Shown piece by piece: positions 1 to 14,269 of a DNA stretch of 64,000 nucleotides. Origin of the DNA: Haplodiscus bocki. Taxonomy: Eukaryota. The DNA lies in the NCBI GenBank assembly GCA_965655095.1, contig OZ296659.1:61318001-61382000 (forward strand). The letters are read 5' to 3'. The notes beneath the pieces were generated by a model that was not told where the DNA came from, ran no database searches, and was given only the letters and a program-made list of their open reading frames with translations. Within the stretch, counting starts at the first letter, position 1, and each line of letters starts with the position of its first letter. The position numbers and the translations under genes were made by a program.

Positions 1-2829
1 CCTGCGAAAGAGCAAACGCAAAAAAACTGCCAAATAGGGCAAAGCAAAGACTTCCGCGAATGAGCTCATGGAAAAGGCCCTGCAAAAGAGAGCACGGAGA
101 AACCCCCCGCAAAAAAATTCATTGAAAAAGCCCCTACTAACGAGTTCACGAGAAAAAATCCACTGCGATAGAGCGCCCGGGGAAAGCCTCTGCAAAAAAG
201 CGCATGGAAAAAGCCCCCACGGAGGAGTGCAAGGAAAAAACACCCCTGTTGAGCAGCACAGAAATTTACCCCCACAAAGGAGAACACGGAAACTCCCACC
301 CAAGTAAGAGAACTAGAGAAAAACCCCTGCGAACGAGCTCACGGTGGAAAATCCAGCAAGAGAGTGCACGGAAAAAGCCCTGGAGAAGTAGCGCAGGGAA
401 GAGAGCCTCGCGAAGAAGCACGAAAACTTTCCCAGCGGAGGAGCGCACGAAGAAAGAAGAAAAAACTCTTGCGAAATAGTTCACTGTAGAAGCTCCTGAG
501 GAAGAGAGCACGGAAAAAAACCCTAGGAAAAAGCTCACGGAAAGACAACCTGCGGAAGAGTTCATGGAACGAACTCCCTGAGTAAGAGCACGGAAAAATC
601 CCCTGCGAAAGCGCACACTTGGAAAAGCCGCCGCGAATGACACAACGGAAAAAACCTTCGACGAATGAGAGTATGGAGAAAACCCCCGGCGGCAGAGAGC
701 AGAGATAAAACCCCCTATCGCGAAGGTAAAAGAGAGAACACAAGAGAATCCCCAGCAAAAGAAACGCATAGAATATTCCCCGCGAACGAAAAGAAAGACC
801 GCGGAGAAAGTCCTTTTGAAAAGACTCACGGAAAAAACCCCTGCAAACGAGCTCACAAAAAAACCCACTGCGGAAGACTGCACGTAATATGAAAAAAGTC
901 CCTGCCAAAGGCAACACGGATGAATCCATCACAAAAGAAAACGCTTCTACGAAAAAAACCACGTAGGAAGCCCTTGTGGAAGAGCTCACGGAAGAAGCCT
1001 CATGAAAGGGTGCACGAAAATGACCTCTACGAAGTAGCACTAAAAAATCCCCTCCGAAAAAGCGCACAGAAATAGTCTCTTCGAAAAAGCCCGTGCAAGA
1101 TGCTTCTAAGAAAAAGCGCTGGGCAAAAGCACCCGCAAAAGAGCACGGAAGAAGACCACTCGAAAGAGAGCATAAAAAACATCCTCGTAGGAGAGCACGG
1201 GAGAGAACTCTGTTAAGGAACTCACGGACGGACCTCAATGAAAGAGCGCATTGAAAAAGGCTCCGCAAAAGACGGCACCGAAAAATCCACCCAAGAAAAA
1301 GAGCACAGAACAACCCCATGCAAACGAGCGAACGGCAAAAACCCCAGCGAAGGAGCGCACGGAACAGTCAACTGCGAACAAGCGCACGAAAACAGCTCCA
1401 CCGAGGGAGCGCACGGAAAACGGAGGAGCGCACGGTTATAGCTTCCGCGAAAAAGTAAGGGAAAACCCCCGCCGTGAAAAGCAGGCAAAAAGACCAAGCA
1501 AGACAGAGAAGGGGAAAAATCGCCGACGACAGAGAGATCGGAAAAATCCCCCGGGATGGGAAGAAAGAGAGTTCGGAAAAAGCACCTGCGGAAGATGAAA
1601 CGGGAGAGACGCCAGCAAAAGAGTGTGCGAAAAATGATCCAGCGAAAGAGATCAAAGGAAAAATGTCTATAAAAAAGCCTAGGGAAAACGCCCCTCGCGG
1701 AAGAGAGCACGGGAAAATTACTGCCAAAAGGCGCACGGAAAGCGCCTTCGCGAAAAAGCGCATAAAAAAACACCGCGAAAAAGCGCACAGAAGAAGCCAC
1801 AGACAAAGAGCACACGAAATAGTGCGAAGGAGCGTATCAGAAAAGCCGTTGCGAAAGAGCATACGGAAAAATCCCCCGCGAGCAACTGCACAAAAGAAGT
1901 CCCAGCGAAGGAGCACACAGAAAAATCCCCCAGTTAAAAAGTCCACGGAAAGAAACGCCGCCAAGGAGAGCAAAGGAAAAAGGCACCCGCTAAAGAGTGC
2001 AACGGGAATGACGTCTTGAAATAAAGAATGGAGGGGAACTCAATGAACGGGAGCATGGAAAAAACTCAGCGAAGGAGCTCAGGGAAAGACACACTACGAA
2101 GGAGCGCACGGAAAAAAGCCCCGAAAAAAAGCAGTGGAAATGCCCTTTCGTCGAAAATGGAAAAACCGCCCGCGAAACAACACGGAAATGTTCCACCTGG
2201 AAGAGCGCTCGAAGAAGACTCCGCGGAGGAGAGCTTCGAAGAAAGCCCTGTGAAAGAGATCACGGAAAAAACCCCAGCGAAAGACTGCACGCAAAAACCC
2301 TCGCCAAAATGTGCAAGGAAAAAACACCTGCAAAAAGGAGTACGGACAAAAGCTCTCCGCGAAGTAGAGCACGGAAAATGCCCGCGCGAACGAGCACAAG
2401 GATGAAGCTCCAGCCAAGTAGTGCAAGTAAACATCCCCTGCTAAATAGAGAGCGGAAGAAGAGCCAGCGATAAAGCGCACGGACAAAAACCTCACCAAAC
2501 AGAGCACGGAAAAATCCCCCGAAAAAAGAGAAAGAAAGATGGAAAGAAGAAATGGGAGAAACCCTTGGAAAATGTCCGGTGATTGAACTCACGGGAAAAC
2601 TTCACTAGGAAAAACCTCACGTAACAAGCCAGCGCAAAAGACGGCCCTAAAAAGGCCAGCTTGAAAACAACACTGAGAAAGACATCACGGAAAAACAAAT
2701 GCCAAAGAACGCACGGAAAAGGCCTGTGCGCTAGAGCCCACGGAAGTGCCCCGCGAAGCAATGCGCGGAAGAAGCCCCTGCGAACGAGCGCACAAGAAAA
2801 ACCACAGAGAAGTAGCCCACTGAAAAAGC

Positions 2830-5800
2830 CACTACAAAATTGTGCAAAGAAGGAGCTCCTGCGAAAGAGTGCATGGAAGAAAACTCCCGGGAAGGAGGGA
2901 AGGGAACATGGAAGAAGCCCCTGCGGAAGAACAAATGTGAGGAAGCCCAGCACGAGAGCTCACGGAAGAAAACTCCGGGAAAGAGATCTCGCACGAAAAC
3001 CCTCAGGAAAAAAACTCACGGAAAAAGCACGTGTGAAACAACCTACGGAAAAAACCCACTGCGGAAGAGCTCACGGAAAAAGCCCCTGCAAACGAGTTCA
3101 TGAAAAAACCCAATGCGAAAGATTGACGGAAAAAGCCCCGCCAAAGGAGAGCATGGAGTAAGCTCCCACTACAAAATGCAAAGAAGAAGCCCTCGCAAAA
3201 TAGAGCACGGAAAGAGACCCCGCGAAAAAGAGGAAAGAAAAAGCCTCTGCGAAAGAACGCACGGAAGAAGCCCTGTTCAAGAGTGGACGGAAAAAGCCCT
3301 TTAGCAAAAGAGCGCACCGAAAACGACCCTGCAAATTAAGGCACGACACAAGCACCTGCAAAGAAATGTCACAAAAAAGCCCCCGAGAAAAACAAAGCAG
3401 AAAAAAACACTACGAAGGAGAGCAGGGAAAGGCCTTAAGCGGAAAAGCCGCCGGAAAGGCCTTGTGAAAGAGCCCACGGAAAAAGCTCTCGCGAAACAAC
3501 ACGGAAAAATTCCACTGAAGGAGTTCACGGAAAAAGTATTATCTACGGAATTCAATGAAAAAGCCCCCAAGAAAGTGTGCAAGGAAAAAACCCCCGCGAA
3601 AGACAGAACGGAATACGCTATCCGCAAAAAACACCTCGGGAAAACCCACAAGGAGGAAGCCCTCGGAAAAATCCCGTGTAAGCGAACGATCGGATATAGG
3701 CCCACCAAAAGAGCGCACTCAAAAAGCCACCTTCAAAATGTGCAAGGAATAACCCCCTGTGAAAGAGCGCAGGGAAGAAACCTCCTCGAAAGAAAAATGC
3801 ACGCAGAATGAACAGGCGGAAAATCTTTGAAAAAACCCCAGCGAAAGAGAGGACGGAAAAAACCCCTGCTAGCAAACGAACGGAAGTAGCCCCACCAAAG
3901 GAGCGCATGGTATAAGCTCCCACTAAAGACTGCAAGTTAAAAGCCTTCGCGAAAGAGTGCATGGAAGAAACCCCCGGTCAGAGACGGCACAGAAAAAAAG
4001 CCCTGCGTTAGAGCGCATCGAAACATCTCAAGGGAAAGAGAGATAGAGGACACGGAAAAAATTTCTCTGGAAGAGCAAACGGGAGTAAGCTAAGGAAAAG
4101 AGCGCACGGAAAAACTCCGCGAAAGAAAGCACGGAAGAAACCCTTCAGTAAAAAAGCTCACGGGAAAAACTCCTGCGAACGAAGTCACGGTAAAAGCACG
4201 TGTCAAAAGGCACACGAGAAAAATCCACTGTAAAAAAGCTCTTGGAAAAAAACCCCTGCGAAAGAACTAGAGGAATGAGTTCCCGCGAAAATGTGCAAGG
4301 AAAAAGCCTCCGAGAAATAAAGATCCCGCCAAAAATTTGACGGAAAGAGCTTTTGAGAAAGAGCACAAGGAGGAAGCCCTGTGAACCAGCGGACGAAGAA
4401 GACCTTGCGAAAAAGGGCACAGCTGAAACTCCTGCGAAAAAGTGCCACGAAAAATCCCCCGCGAAAGGCGGCGCAGAAAAATATCATAAGAAAGAGAGCA
4501 CGGGAAAAAACTTATGCAAGAAAGGCGACCGGGAGGCCCTGTGAAAGAACGCGCGGAAAAAAACCCCGCGAAAAATCACGGCAAAATGCCCCGTGAAAGA
4601 TCTCGCGGAAAAAGCCCCATCAAAAGTATGCATGGAAAAAGCCCCCGTGAAAGTACAAGAAAAAAGCCCCCGTTAAACAGAGCACCGAAGAAGGCCCCAC
4701 GAAAGAGGACGGAAAAAACTCTCGGAGGAAGACCGCACGGGAAAATCCTTGTGAACTGGAGTACGGAAAAAGCCACAGCGAAGGAGCACACGGAAAAGTG
4801 CCCTGCGAACGAGTTTTCGATGAAAGCCCCACCGTAGAAGCGCACGGATAAATCCGCTACGAAATTTTGCATAGAAAATGCCCCCGTGAAAGAGCGCACG
4901 GAAAAGACCCCCAAAATTGAGCGCCGAAAACTCCCCTGGGAATGTGTGAAAGAGAACATGGAAAAAAGCCCGGCAGAAGAGCAAACCGGAGGAAGCCCAC
5001 CAAAAGAGCACACTGGAGGTTACTCCGCCAAAGAGAGAACGGACGAAACCCTTTAGCAAAAGAGCTCACGGGAAAAGCTCCTGCGAACAAGTTCACGGAA
5101 AAAACTAAATGCGATTGAACTGACGGAGAGAGCCCCTGCGAAAGACCGAACGGAAAAAGCACTTTTGAAAAACCCCTGCGAATGAGAGCACAGGGAAACG
5201 ACTGTGAAAGGGCGCACGGAAAAAACCTGTGCGTTAGAATCCACGGTTGAAACCCTTCTGACAGAGCGCACGGACGCGCCCCACGACCCACGACGGAGCG
5301 CAAGAAAAAAGCCCTGGCGAACGATCGATCGAAAAGCGCCCCACCGAAGGAGCGCAAAAAAAATCCACCACAAAAATGTGCAAACAAAGACAGAGCGCTT
5401 GCCTGTAAACCTCAGCAAGAAATGGCACAGAAAAAGCTCTGTGGAAGAGCGCATGAGTAAACTCGGTAAAGGAGCGCATTGTAAAGGCCCCTGCGAAGGA
5501 GCTCACGGAAGAAACTCTTTTAGAAAGAGCGCACGCAAAAAAACCCCTGCATAAAAGCACACGCAAGGAGCCCCATCAAAAGAGCGCACGAATAAAGACT
5601 CTGCCAAGGATTGCACAGAACAAGTCACTGCGGAAAAACGCTCGGAAAAACACCCTGCGAGAGAGCGCCCGAGAAAAGAATCTACGAAGGATTGAACGGA
5701 ATAGGCCCTGCGAACGAGCACATGGAAAAAGCCCCGCGAAAGACAACATGGGAAATTCTCAAACGAAAGAGCGCATGGAAAACGCTCGGCGGAAGGGCCC

Positions 5801-7215
5801 CCAAAAACGCCCTGAAAAATAGAGCACGGAAACAGACCCTGTGAAACAGGTCACGGCTAAAAACTATTGTGAAAAGAACACGAAAAAAATGCATGGAACA
5901 AACTCTGTGAAGAGAGAAAGAGAACATGTAAAAAACCTTCAGGGAAGGGCGAACGGGACAAACCGCAGCAAATCAGCGCACTGAACAAAACTCCGCGAAG
6001 GAGAGCACAAAAAAAGTTCCCAGCAAAGGAGAGCACCAAAAAAGACCCTCTGAAATAGCGAACAGCAGGGGCCCCTGCTAAAAAGTGCCAAAGAAAGCCA
6101 CCGCGAAAGAGCGCACTTAAAAAGCCTCTGCGAAAAAGCCGACGGAAGAAGCCTTATAAAAAAGCGCACGAAAAAAGTCCCACAATTGGCCAAACGGCAA
6201 ACTCCTGCAAAACAGCGCACGGAAGAAGATCCGGCGAAATAGAGCACGGCAAAAGTACCTGCAAAAATATACCAAGAAAAAGCCCCTCGAAAGGCAGCAC
6301 AGAAAGAAACTGCGAGAGAGCGCTCAAAGACGTTTCTGAGAAAAAGCCGACCGGAGAAGCCCTGTGAAAGAGCGCACGGAAAAAGCCCCGCAAAAGAACA
6401 CGGAAGAGTGCCCCTGGAAGAGTAGACAGAAAAAGCCCCCGAGAAACCACACAGAAACTTTCCCTCTGAAAGAGGTCACGGAAAAAACCCCAGAAAAAGT
6501 AGGCAAGGAAAAAGCCCTCGCGAAAGGCAGCACGGAAAAGACCCTCCGAGGAAGGCAGCACGGGAAAAGCCAGGGCAAACCAGCGCACGGAGAAGTCCAC
6601 AGTGGAGGTGTGCAGGTAACTATCCCTTGCGAACGCCTGCAGAAGAGCGGAAAGAAAAAACCACTGCAAAAAACAGCACAAAAAAACGATGCGAGAAAGC
6701 GCATGGAAAAAGCCTCTGCGATGTAGCGTACGGAAAAAAACCTTGCGAACAACAAATCGAAAACAGTGCCACCGATAAAACGCAAGGAAAAAGCTACTAC
6801 AAAATTGTGCAAGGAAGAAGTCGCCGCTGAAAACGGCACAGAAAGAAGCCCCTGCGAACGAGTGCACAAGGAGGAGCCCCCACGAAAGGGTGCGCAGTAG
6901 AAAACCTACGGGAAGGAGGGAAAAGGAACATGGAAAAAGCTCCCGCCGAAGAGCAAATGGGAAGAAGCACAGCAAGACAGCGCACGGAAGAATACTCCGG
7001 GAAAGAGATCACGGACGAAACCCCGCAGGAAAAGAACTCACGGAAAAAGCACGTGTGAAAGAGCCTATGGAAAAAACCCACTGCAGAAGAGCTCACGCAA
7101 AAAACCACTGCAAACTAGTTAATGGAAAAAACCCACTTAGATGGAACTGAGGGAAAAACCCCTCCAAACGAGTTCATGGAAAAAACCCACTGCGAAGGAA
7201 CTGACGGAAAAAGGA
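2830..7215 (+). repeat. Older dispersed duplication, ~2830-3140 vs ~6795-7215
   Basis: Shared variant strings occur in the same order in both places: CTACAAAATTGTGCAA, GGGAAGGAGGGAA..GGAACATGGAA, ACTCCGGGAAAGAGATC and CACGGAAAAAGCACGTGTGAAA. Confidence 0.7.
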
Positions 7216-8439
7216 CCTGCAAAAAAGCGAACGGAAGAGGATGTTTCGAAAAAGCCACTGCAAAACCAGAGGACGGAAAAACGACGGTGAAAGAGCGCAC
7301 GGCAAAATTCCGAGGGGAGGAATGCACAAAAGAATCCCCGCGAAAGTGTGCGAGAAAAAAACCACCGCCAAAGAGAGCACAGAAGAAGCCCCTTGCGAAA
7401 GAGGACGGAAAAAGTCACAGCAAAAGGAAACGGGAAAGTGCCTTGTGAAAGAACTCACTGCAGAAGTCCGAGCGTAAGGATGCACAAAAAACCCTCGCGA
7501 AAGTGCGCAAGAAAAAAAAGCTATGAAAGGGAGCACGTGTAAAGACCTCGTGAAAGAGAGCATCGAAAAAATTTTCCTCGAATAAGAGCACGGAAGAAGC
7601 CCCCTTCGAAAGGGTGCAATGGAAAAGCCACCGCGAAAAAAGGCATGGAAAAAAGTCTTATGGTATACTATACGGAAAACGCCCCTGCGAATCGGAGCGT
7701 GGAACAACCACTGCGGAAGACCGAACAGCAAAGATTGTGGGTTAGAGCTCACGGAAGAAGCCCTTGTGACAGGGCGCTCGAAAGGGCCGCGTAAAAAGAG
7801 CAAACGAAAAGAGCCCTAACGAAAAAGCGCAAGGAAAAAGCCTTCGGGTGCAAGCAAAAAACTATCGCGAAAGACAGCATGGAAAAAAAACTTCCGAAAG
7901 AGGGCTTGAAAAAACCCTCTGCAAGAGGGCCCACAAACGAACCCCCTGTGAAAAGGCACACGGAAAAAGGCCTAACCAATGTGCTTGGAAAAGTGCCCTG
8001 TGAAAGAGCTGACTGAGAAAAACCCGGCTGATGTATATATGGAAAAAAAACACAAAAACCCACAACGAAACCGCGCACGGAAAATCCTCTGCGATCAAGC
8101 GCAGGAAAGTAGCCTCAATGAAAGAGCGCACGGTAAAAACGCCGTTTAAAAGTCCCCCGCACGGAAAGAAGACGCCGCGAAAAAGAGGACGGAAAAAGAT
8201 CTTCGCGAAAAAGAGCACGAAGAACGCCCCACGAAAAGCGAGCAAGGGAAGATTTGTCGTGAGAGAGAGAACGGAAAAAGCCCCTGCGGGAGAGCGTACG
8301 GAAAAAGCCTCCCGCTAAGGGGTGCAAAGAAAAAGCCCAGCAAAAAAGAGCAATCAAATAGACCCCAAGAAAAAGAGCGCGGAAAAAGCTCCAACGAAAT
8401 GACTCACGGGAAAAACTGCGCGGAGGTACGCACGAAAAA

Positions 8440-10200
8440 AGCCCCAACGAAAGAATGGACGGAAGAAACCCCCGTGGAGGAGAACACGGAAAAATTTCCC
8501 GCGAACGAGCGCACAGAAAAAGCCCTCAGCCCCGGCGAAAGAGAGCAGAAAAACCTCCCTACGAAATGTAGTACAGATAAACCCCCCACAAGTTTGCACG
8601 GAAAAATAACCCGCCAACGAGCGCACGGAAAAACCCCCAGCGAATGAATGCACGGAAAACCCCCGCAGAAGGAAGCATGGAAAAAGCTCCCGCAAAAGAA
8701 AGCACGGGAAATATCCCTGCGGAGGAGCGCATGAAAAGAGCCCCAGCTTAAGAGTGCAAGGAAGAAACCCCTGCAAAAGAGAGCGGAAAAACACCCCGAG
8801 GAAAAAAGCACTGAAAAAGCCTCTGAGAAAGATCGCATGGAAAAAGCGACAGCAAGAAATTGCAAGGAAAAACCTTTTGCACAAGAGAGCTCGGAAGAAA
8901 ACGCTGCGAAAGTGAGCGAGAATAAAAGCCCGCACGAAAAAGAGCAGGGAAAAAAGCCCAGCGAAACGATGCACGTAAAAATCCCTAATGAAAGAATGGA
9001 CGGAAGAAACCCCCGTGGAGGAGAACACGGAAGCATTTTCCGCAGAACAGGGCACGGAAAAATCCCCGCGAACGACCGCACAGAAAAAGCCCCCAGCCCC
9101 GGCGAAAGAGAGAACAAAAAACTCCCCACGAAAGATAGCACAAATAAACCCCCTACCAATTTCCATGGAAAAAAAACCCGCCAACGAACGCACAGAAAAA
9201 CCCCCAGCGATTGAATGCACGGTAAAACCCCCACAAAAGGAAGCATGGAAAAAGCTCCCCACAAAAAAGAGCACACCGAAAGCACCCTAAAAAGAGTGCA
9301 AGGCAAAACCCCCGCCAAAGAGAGCATGAAAAACACCCCGCAAAAAAGAGCACGGAAAATGCCCTGTCAACAAGTGCACGGAAAAAGAGACAAGGGAAGA
9401 GTGCATGGCAAAATCCCCATCGAACAGGCGAACGAAAAAAGCCCAAGCAGAGGAGCGCACGGAAATAGCCTTTGCAACAAAGTGCCAGGAAAAAAGCCAC
9501 GCAAAGGAGAGCACGGAAAGTGACCCCACGAGAAAACTTGGAAAAAACCCCTGCGGAAGAGCGTACGGAAAAGGATCCCGCGAAAAAGAGTAGAGAAAAA
9601 GCTCCAGCAAAATATCTCACCCGAAAGGCTCCGCGGAGGAGCTCACGGAAGAAACCTCCGAAAAAAACACGGAAGTAGCCCTCGCAGCAGAGAGCACGGA
9701 TTAATCCCCGGGAACTAGCGCACAGAAGAATCCCACAGGGAAAAACTGTACGGAAAAAACCCCGCAGAAGATAGCACGGAAAAAACTCTCCGTAACAAAT
9801 AGATTGGAAAAATGCGCTAAGATGAAGCCCTGGGGACGTGCGCACAAAAAAAACGACAGCGAAGGAATGCACGGACGAAACCCCCGCAAAAGACAGCACG
9901 GAAAAGTCCTCGCGAACGAGCGCACAAAAAACCTCCAGCCCCGACGAAAGAGAGCACAAGAAACCCCCCACGAAAGATAGCTTAGTTGAAGCCGCCCACA
10001 AAATTGCACGGAAAAATAACCCGCCAACGAGCGCACAGAAAAACCCCCAGCGAAAAAGTGCACGAAAAAACTCCCGCGGAAGAAAGCACGGAAAAAGCTC
10101 ACCTCGACAGAAAGCAATGAAAGAGATCCCGCGAAAAAGGGCACGGAAAAAGCTCCCGCAAAAGAAAGCACGGGAAAAGTCCCTGGGGAGGAGTGCACGA
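8440..10200 (+). repeat. Three copies of a ~350-bp block (~8440, ~8980, diverged ~9850)
   Basis: AAGAATGGACGGAAGAAACCCCCGTGGAGGAGAACACGGA is at 8451 and 8992 (offset 541, ~20 monomers). The downstream marker AATAACCCGCCAACGAGCGCAC recurs near 8606 and 10015. Confidence 0.82.
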
Positions 10201-13200
10201 AAGGAGTTGCAGCTAAAGTGTGCAGGGGGAAGGCCCGCGCCAAAGAGAACAAAGCAAAGAACCACGCGAAAGGGAGCACAAAAAAAGTCTCAGCGGAAGA
10301 TCACATTGAGAATTAGCCAACAAAAACATGCAAGGAAAAAGCCCTTGCGAAACAGAGCACGGAAAAATTTCTGAGAGACAGAGAGAGCGAGAGCGGAAAA
10401 AACTCCCGCGAAAAAATGCAGGGAAAATGCTCCTGCCATGGAGACGAATTGAGCGCGGAGAAAACCCAAGCGAAGGAGTTGAAGGAAAAAACTCCCTGCG
10501 AGAGAGCTCGCGGAAAAAAGGCCGTGCAAAAGAACGGAGCGAAAAAGACACTGCGAAAAACGGCAGGGAAAAGCCCCTATGAAAGAGTTCACGGAAAAAA
10601 CCCCTGCAAACGAGCTAACGGAAAAATCCCACTGCAAACGAGCTCACAAGAAAGTTCTCAGCGAAACAGCGCAAAGAGAAAGCGAAAAAGTTTTTTTGAA
10701 CGAGCCTACGGAAAATGCCTAAGCAAAGGAAAGCCCGGAAAAACCATTGAGAAAAAGCGCACGGAAGATTGTTTGCGTTACAGCCCACGGAAGAAGCCAC
10801 TGTGATAGAGCACACAAAAAGGCCCCCCGAAGGAGTGCACAAAAGAACCCGCGAAAGGGAGGGCGGCAAAAGACCCTGCTATAGAGAGCAGGGATTCAAC
10901 CCCCGCAAAAGAGAGCAAGGAAAAAACCACCGGAAAAGACTGCAAGGAAAGAAACCATTTTGAAGAGCGCACGGCAAAAGCTCTGCAAAGGAGCCCACGG
11001 AGAAAGCCCCCGCCATTAAGCTTGGGAAATTGCGTTATGAAAGAGCTCTCAGAAAAAGCCCCAGTGGGAGAATGCACGGAAATGCCCCCGTCAATCCCGT
11101 CAATGAGAGCATCAAAAGAGACTCCCGCAAAAGAGATCACAGAAGAAGACCCCGCGAAAAAGGGGACGGAAAAAACCGCTGCGATAGGGGGCACAGTAAA
11201 AAACCTTCGTGAAACAGAGCATGAACGAAGCCCCTCAGCAAAAGGGCTCACGGAAGAAGCCCCTGCGAACGAGCTCAAGGAAAAAACAGCTGCGAAGGAG
11301 CACAGAGGGGGCCTCTGAAACAGCCTATGGGAAACGGCACTCAAAGGAGCTCAAAGAAAAAGACCCATAAAGCAGCCTACAGAAAACAACCCAGCAAAAA
11401 GGCGCACGGGAAGAGCCCCCACTAAAAATTTGCAAAAAAAGCCCCGCGAAAGACAGCAGGCAGAAAACTTTGCAAAAGAACACACGGGAAAAGCCTCTGC
11501 AGATGAGCCCACGGAAAATGCTCCCGTTGAAAAGCGCACCAAAAAAGCCCCCGCAAAACAAAACGGAAAAACACCTTGTGAAAGAACACACGGAAAAAAC
11601 CCCCCGCCAAATAAAGCACGGAAATAGACCTCGCGAAAGAGAGCGTCGAAGAAGTTCCCAGCGAAAGAGCACGGTAAAACACAGCGCAGAAGCGCACGGG
11701 AAATCAGCTGCGAAAGAGCGCACTGAGAAAACCCCAGCGAATGAGTGCAAGGGAAAAACCTCCAAGAAAGATAGCACGCAAAAACCCTTGCAAAAGAGAC
11801 CACGGATTAAGCCCCTACGGAGGAGCGCACGGAAAAAGCTGCAGCGGAAAGTCCACCGAAGAAACCCCCGTGAAAGGAAACACGGAGAAAACCCCACGAG
11901 AAAAAAGAACACGGAAAAAGCTCCTACGATCTAGCGCAGAGAAAAGGGCCCAGTGGAAGGAGAGCACGAAAACAGCGCTCGCGAACGAGATCACATTAAA
12001 AGCCCCCTCTCGAAACTTTGCAAGGAAAAAGCCCCCGCAAAACAGAACACGGAAATTTCTGCGAATGGGAGCACGGAAAAAGGCCTCCGGGGACAAGAGC
12101 ATGGAAAAAGGCCACCGGGGACAAGTGCACGGAAAAAACGCCTGCAAAAGAAAGAAAAGGAGCACGGAAAAAAACCCCGGCGAGCAAGCTGGAGGACAAA
12201 TTTCCCTTCCGTAACGAAATAAAGCCCGTACCAAAAAGATCACGGAAATCCCCCGCCGAAGGGTGCGAGAAAAATGCTCAAGGAAAGACAACATGTAGAA
12301 GGTGCCTCGCAAAAGAGACCATGAAAAAAACCCCATCGAAGAAGCACACGAAATTAACCCCTGCGAAAAAGGGCACATGTGGAGCCCCTCAGCGATAGAA
12401 CTCACAAAAAAATTGCACCAGAGATCGAACTCACGGAAAAGCATATGCGAAATAGCACACGGCAACTGGTCTGCGGAAAACTCCCCAGCGAAAAAACGCA
12501 CGGAGGAAGTCCCCGCTAAAAAGTGCAAGGAAGAAGCCCCGCAAAGACAGCAGGGAAAAAGCCCGCGGAAGAGCGTACGGAAAAAAAGCCTTCGCAAAAG
12601 AGCTCACAGGAAGATCCTGTGAAAGCAAGCACGGAAAAAGCCTCCGCGAATGAGAGCGCTCAAAAAGATCTCGCAAAATAGAGCACCGAAAAAGCCCTCC
12701 GCGAAAGAAAACACGGAAGAAGCCCCCGCGAAAAAGCACGGAAAACGGCAAAGCGGAAAAACGCACGGGAAACCCGCTGCAAACAAGCGCACGAAAAAAA
12801 GCCCAGCGAAAAAGCTCACGAGAAACTTACCCGGGAAGAGAGAAAGAAAACATTGAAAAAGCGGCTGCGAAAGAAGGAAAAGGAGAAAGCTTATCAAATG
12901 AATGCAAGTGAGAAGACCCCGTGAAAAAAAGAACGCAAGACTCCACTCGACAAAAGAGTGCTCCGACCATGGGAAATAGGGCACGGCAGAAGCACCTGCG
13001 AACAATTTCACGGAAATAGTTCCAACGAAGGAGCCCACGTATGAAGCCCCTGTGAAAGAGCTCACGGAAAAAGCTTCAGCAAAAGATTGCACGGAAAAAG
13101 CCCCCGCGAACGAACGCAGGGAAAAAGACCCAGCAAAGGAGCGCTTGGAAAAATCTCCCGAAAGCTAGCGAATAAAAATGCTCCACCAATGGAGCACATA

Positions 13201-14269
13201 GAAAAAACCCCCACCAAAAATTCTATGGAAGAAGCCCCCACGAAAGAGGAAAGCACGGAAGAAAACCCAGCAAAGAAGAACACAGAAAAATCTTCCGGGA
13301 AAGAGAAAAAGAGAACATGGATGAAGCCACTGCAAATGAGCAAACGGCAAAAAGCCTAGCAAACGAGAGCACGGTAGAATATTCCGCGGAAGAGGGCACG
13401 GGCGAAGCCCCTCAGCAAAAAAAACTCACAGAAAAAGCCCCTGCGAACAAGCTCATGGCAAAAACGTATGCGAAACAAGCACCCGGGAAAGGGCAATGAA
13501 ATAGCTCACGGAAAAAGCCCCCGCGAACCAGCTCACGGAAAAAGCACGTGCGAAAGAGCACTTTTAAAAAGGTCTTATGGAATGGCCTATGCTAAACGGC
13601 CCAGTGAAAGCGGAAAGGCGCCCAGAAAAAACCCCTGCTAAAAAGTGCAAGTAAAACTCACCCACGAAAAGAAGCACGGAAAAGACCCCGGGAAAGGGAG
13701 CATGGGAAACGTCCTCCGTCAAAACAGCACGGAAAAAGCCCCCAAGAAATAGGTAACGGAATATATCCAGCAACAGACCGCACGGAAAACTCCCTTGCGA
13801 ACCAGCGCACCACAGGAGATCCACCGAAAGAGTGCAACAAAAAACCAACATTAAAAAGTGCAAGGCAGAAGACACGCCAAAAACAGCAAGGAGAGAACCC
13901 TGCAAAACAGCACACGGAAAAAGCCTCTGCGAAAGGGCCCAAGGAAGAAGCCCCTGTGAAAGAGATCACGGAAAAACCCCCACAAAGGAGAGCACAGAAA
14001 AAGTGGTCGCGACAGAGAGCACATTGAAAACCCATTGGAGAGTTTGCAAAGAAAAAGCCCCCGGAAAACAAATCACGGAAGACATATTTGCGAAAAGGAG
14101 CAAAGAAAGAACCCACCGCGGAAAAGACCAGGAAAAAAGTCCTCGCAAAAAACAGAAAAGGAGCTGAAAAAAACGCCTGCAATCGAGCGCAAGAGAATAG
14201 CCTCGGCAAGATAGCGCACAGAAGTAAACCGTTGCGAAAGAGAGCAAGGAAAAGCCCCCTAAAAGAGAG

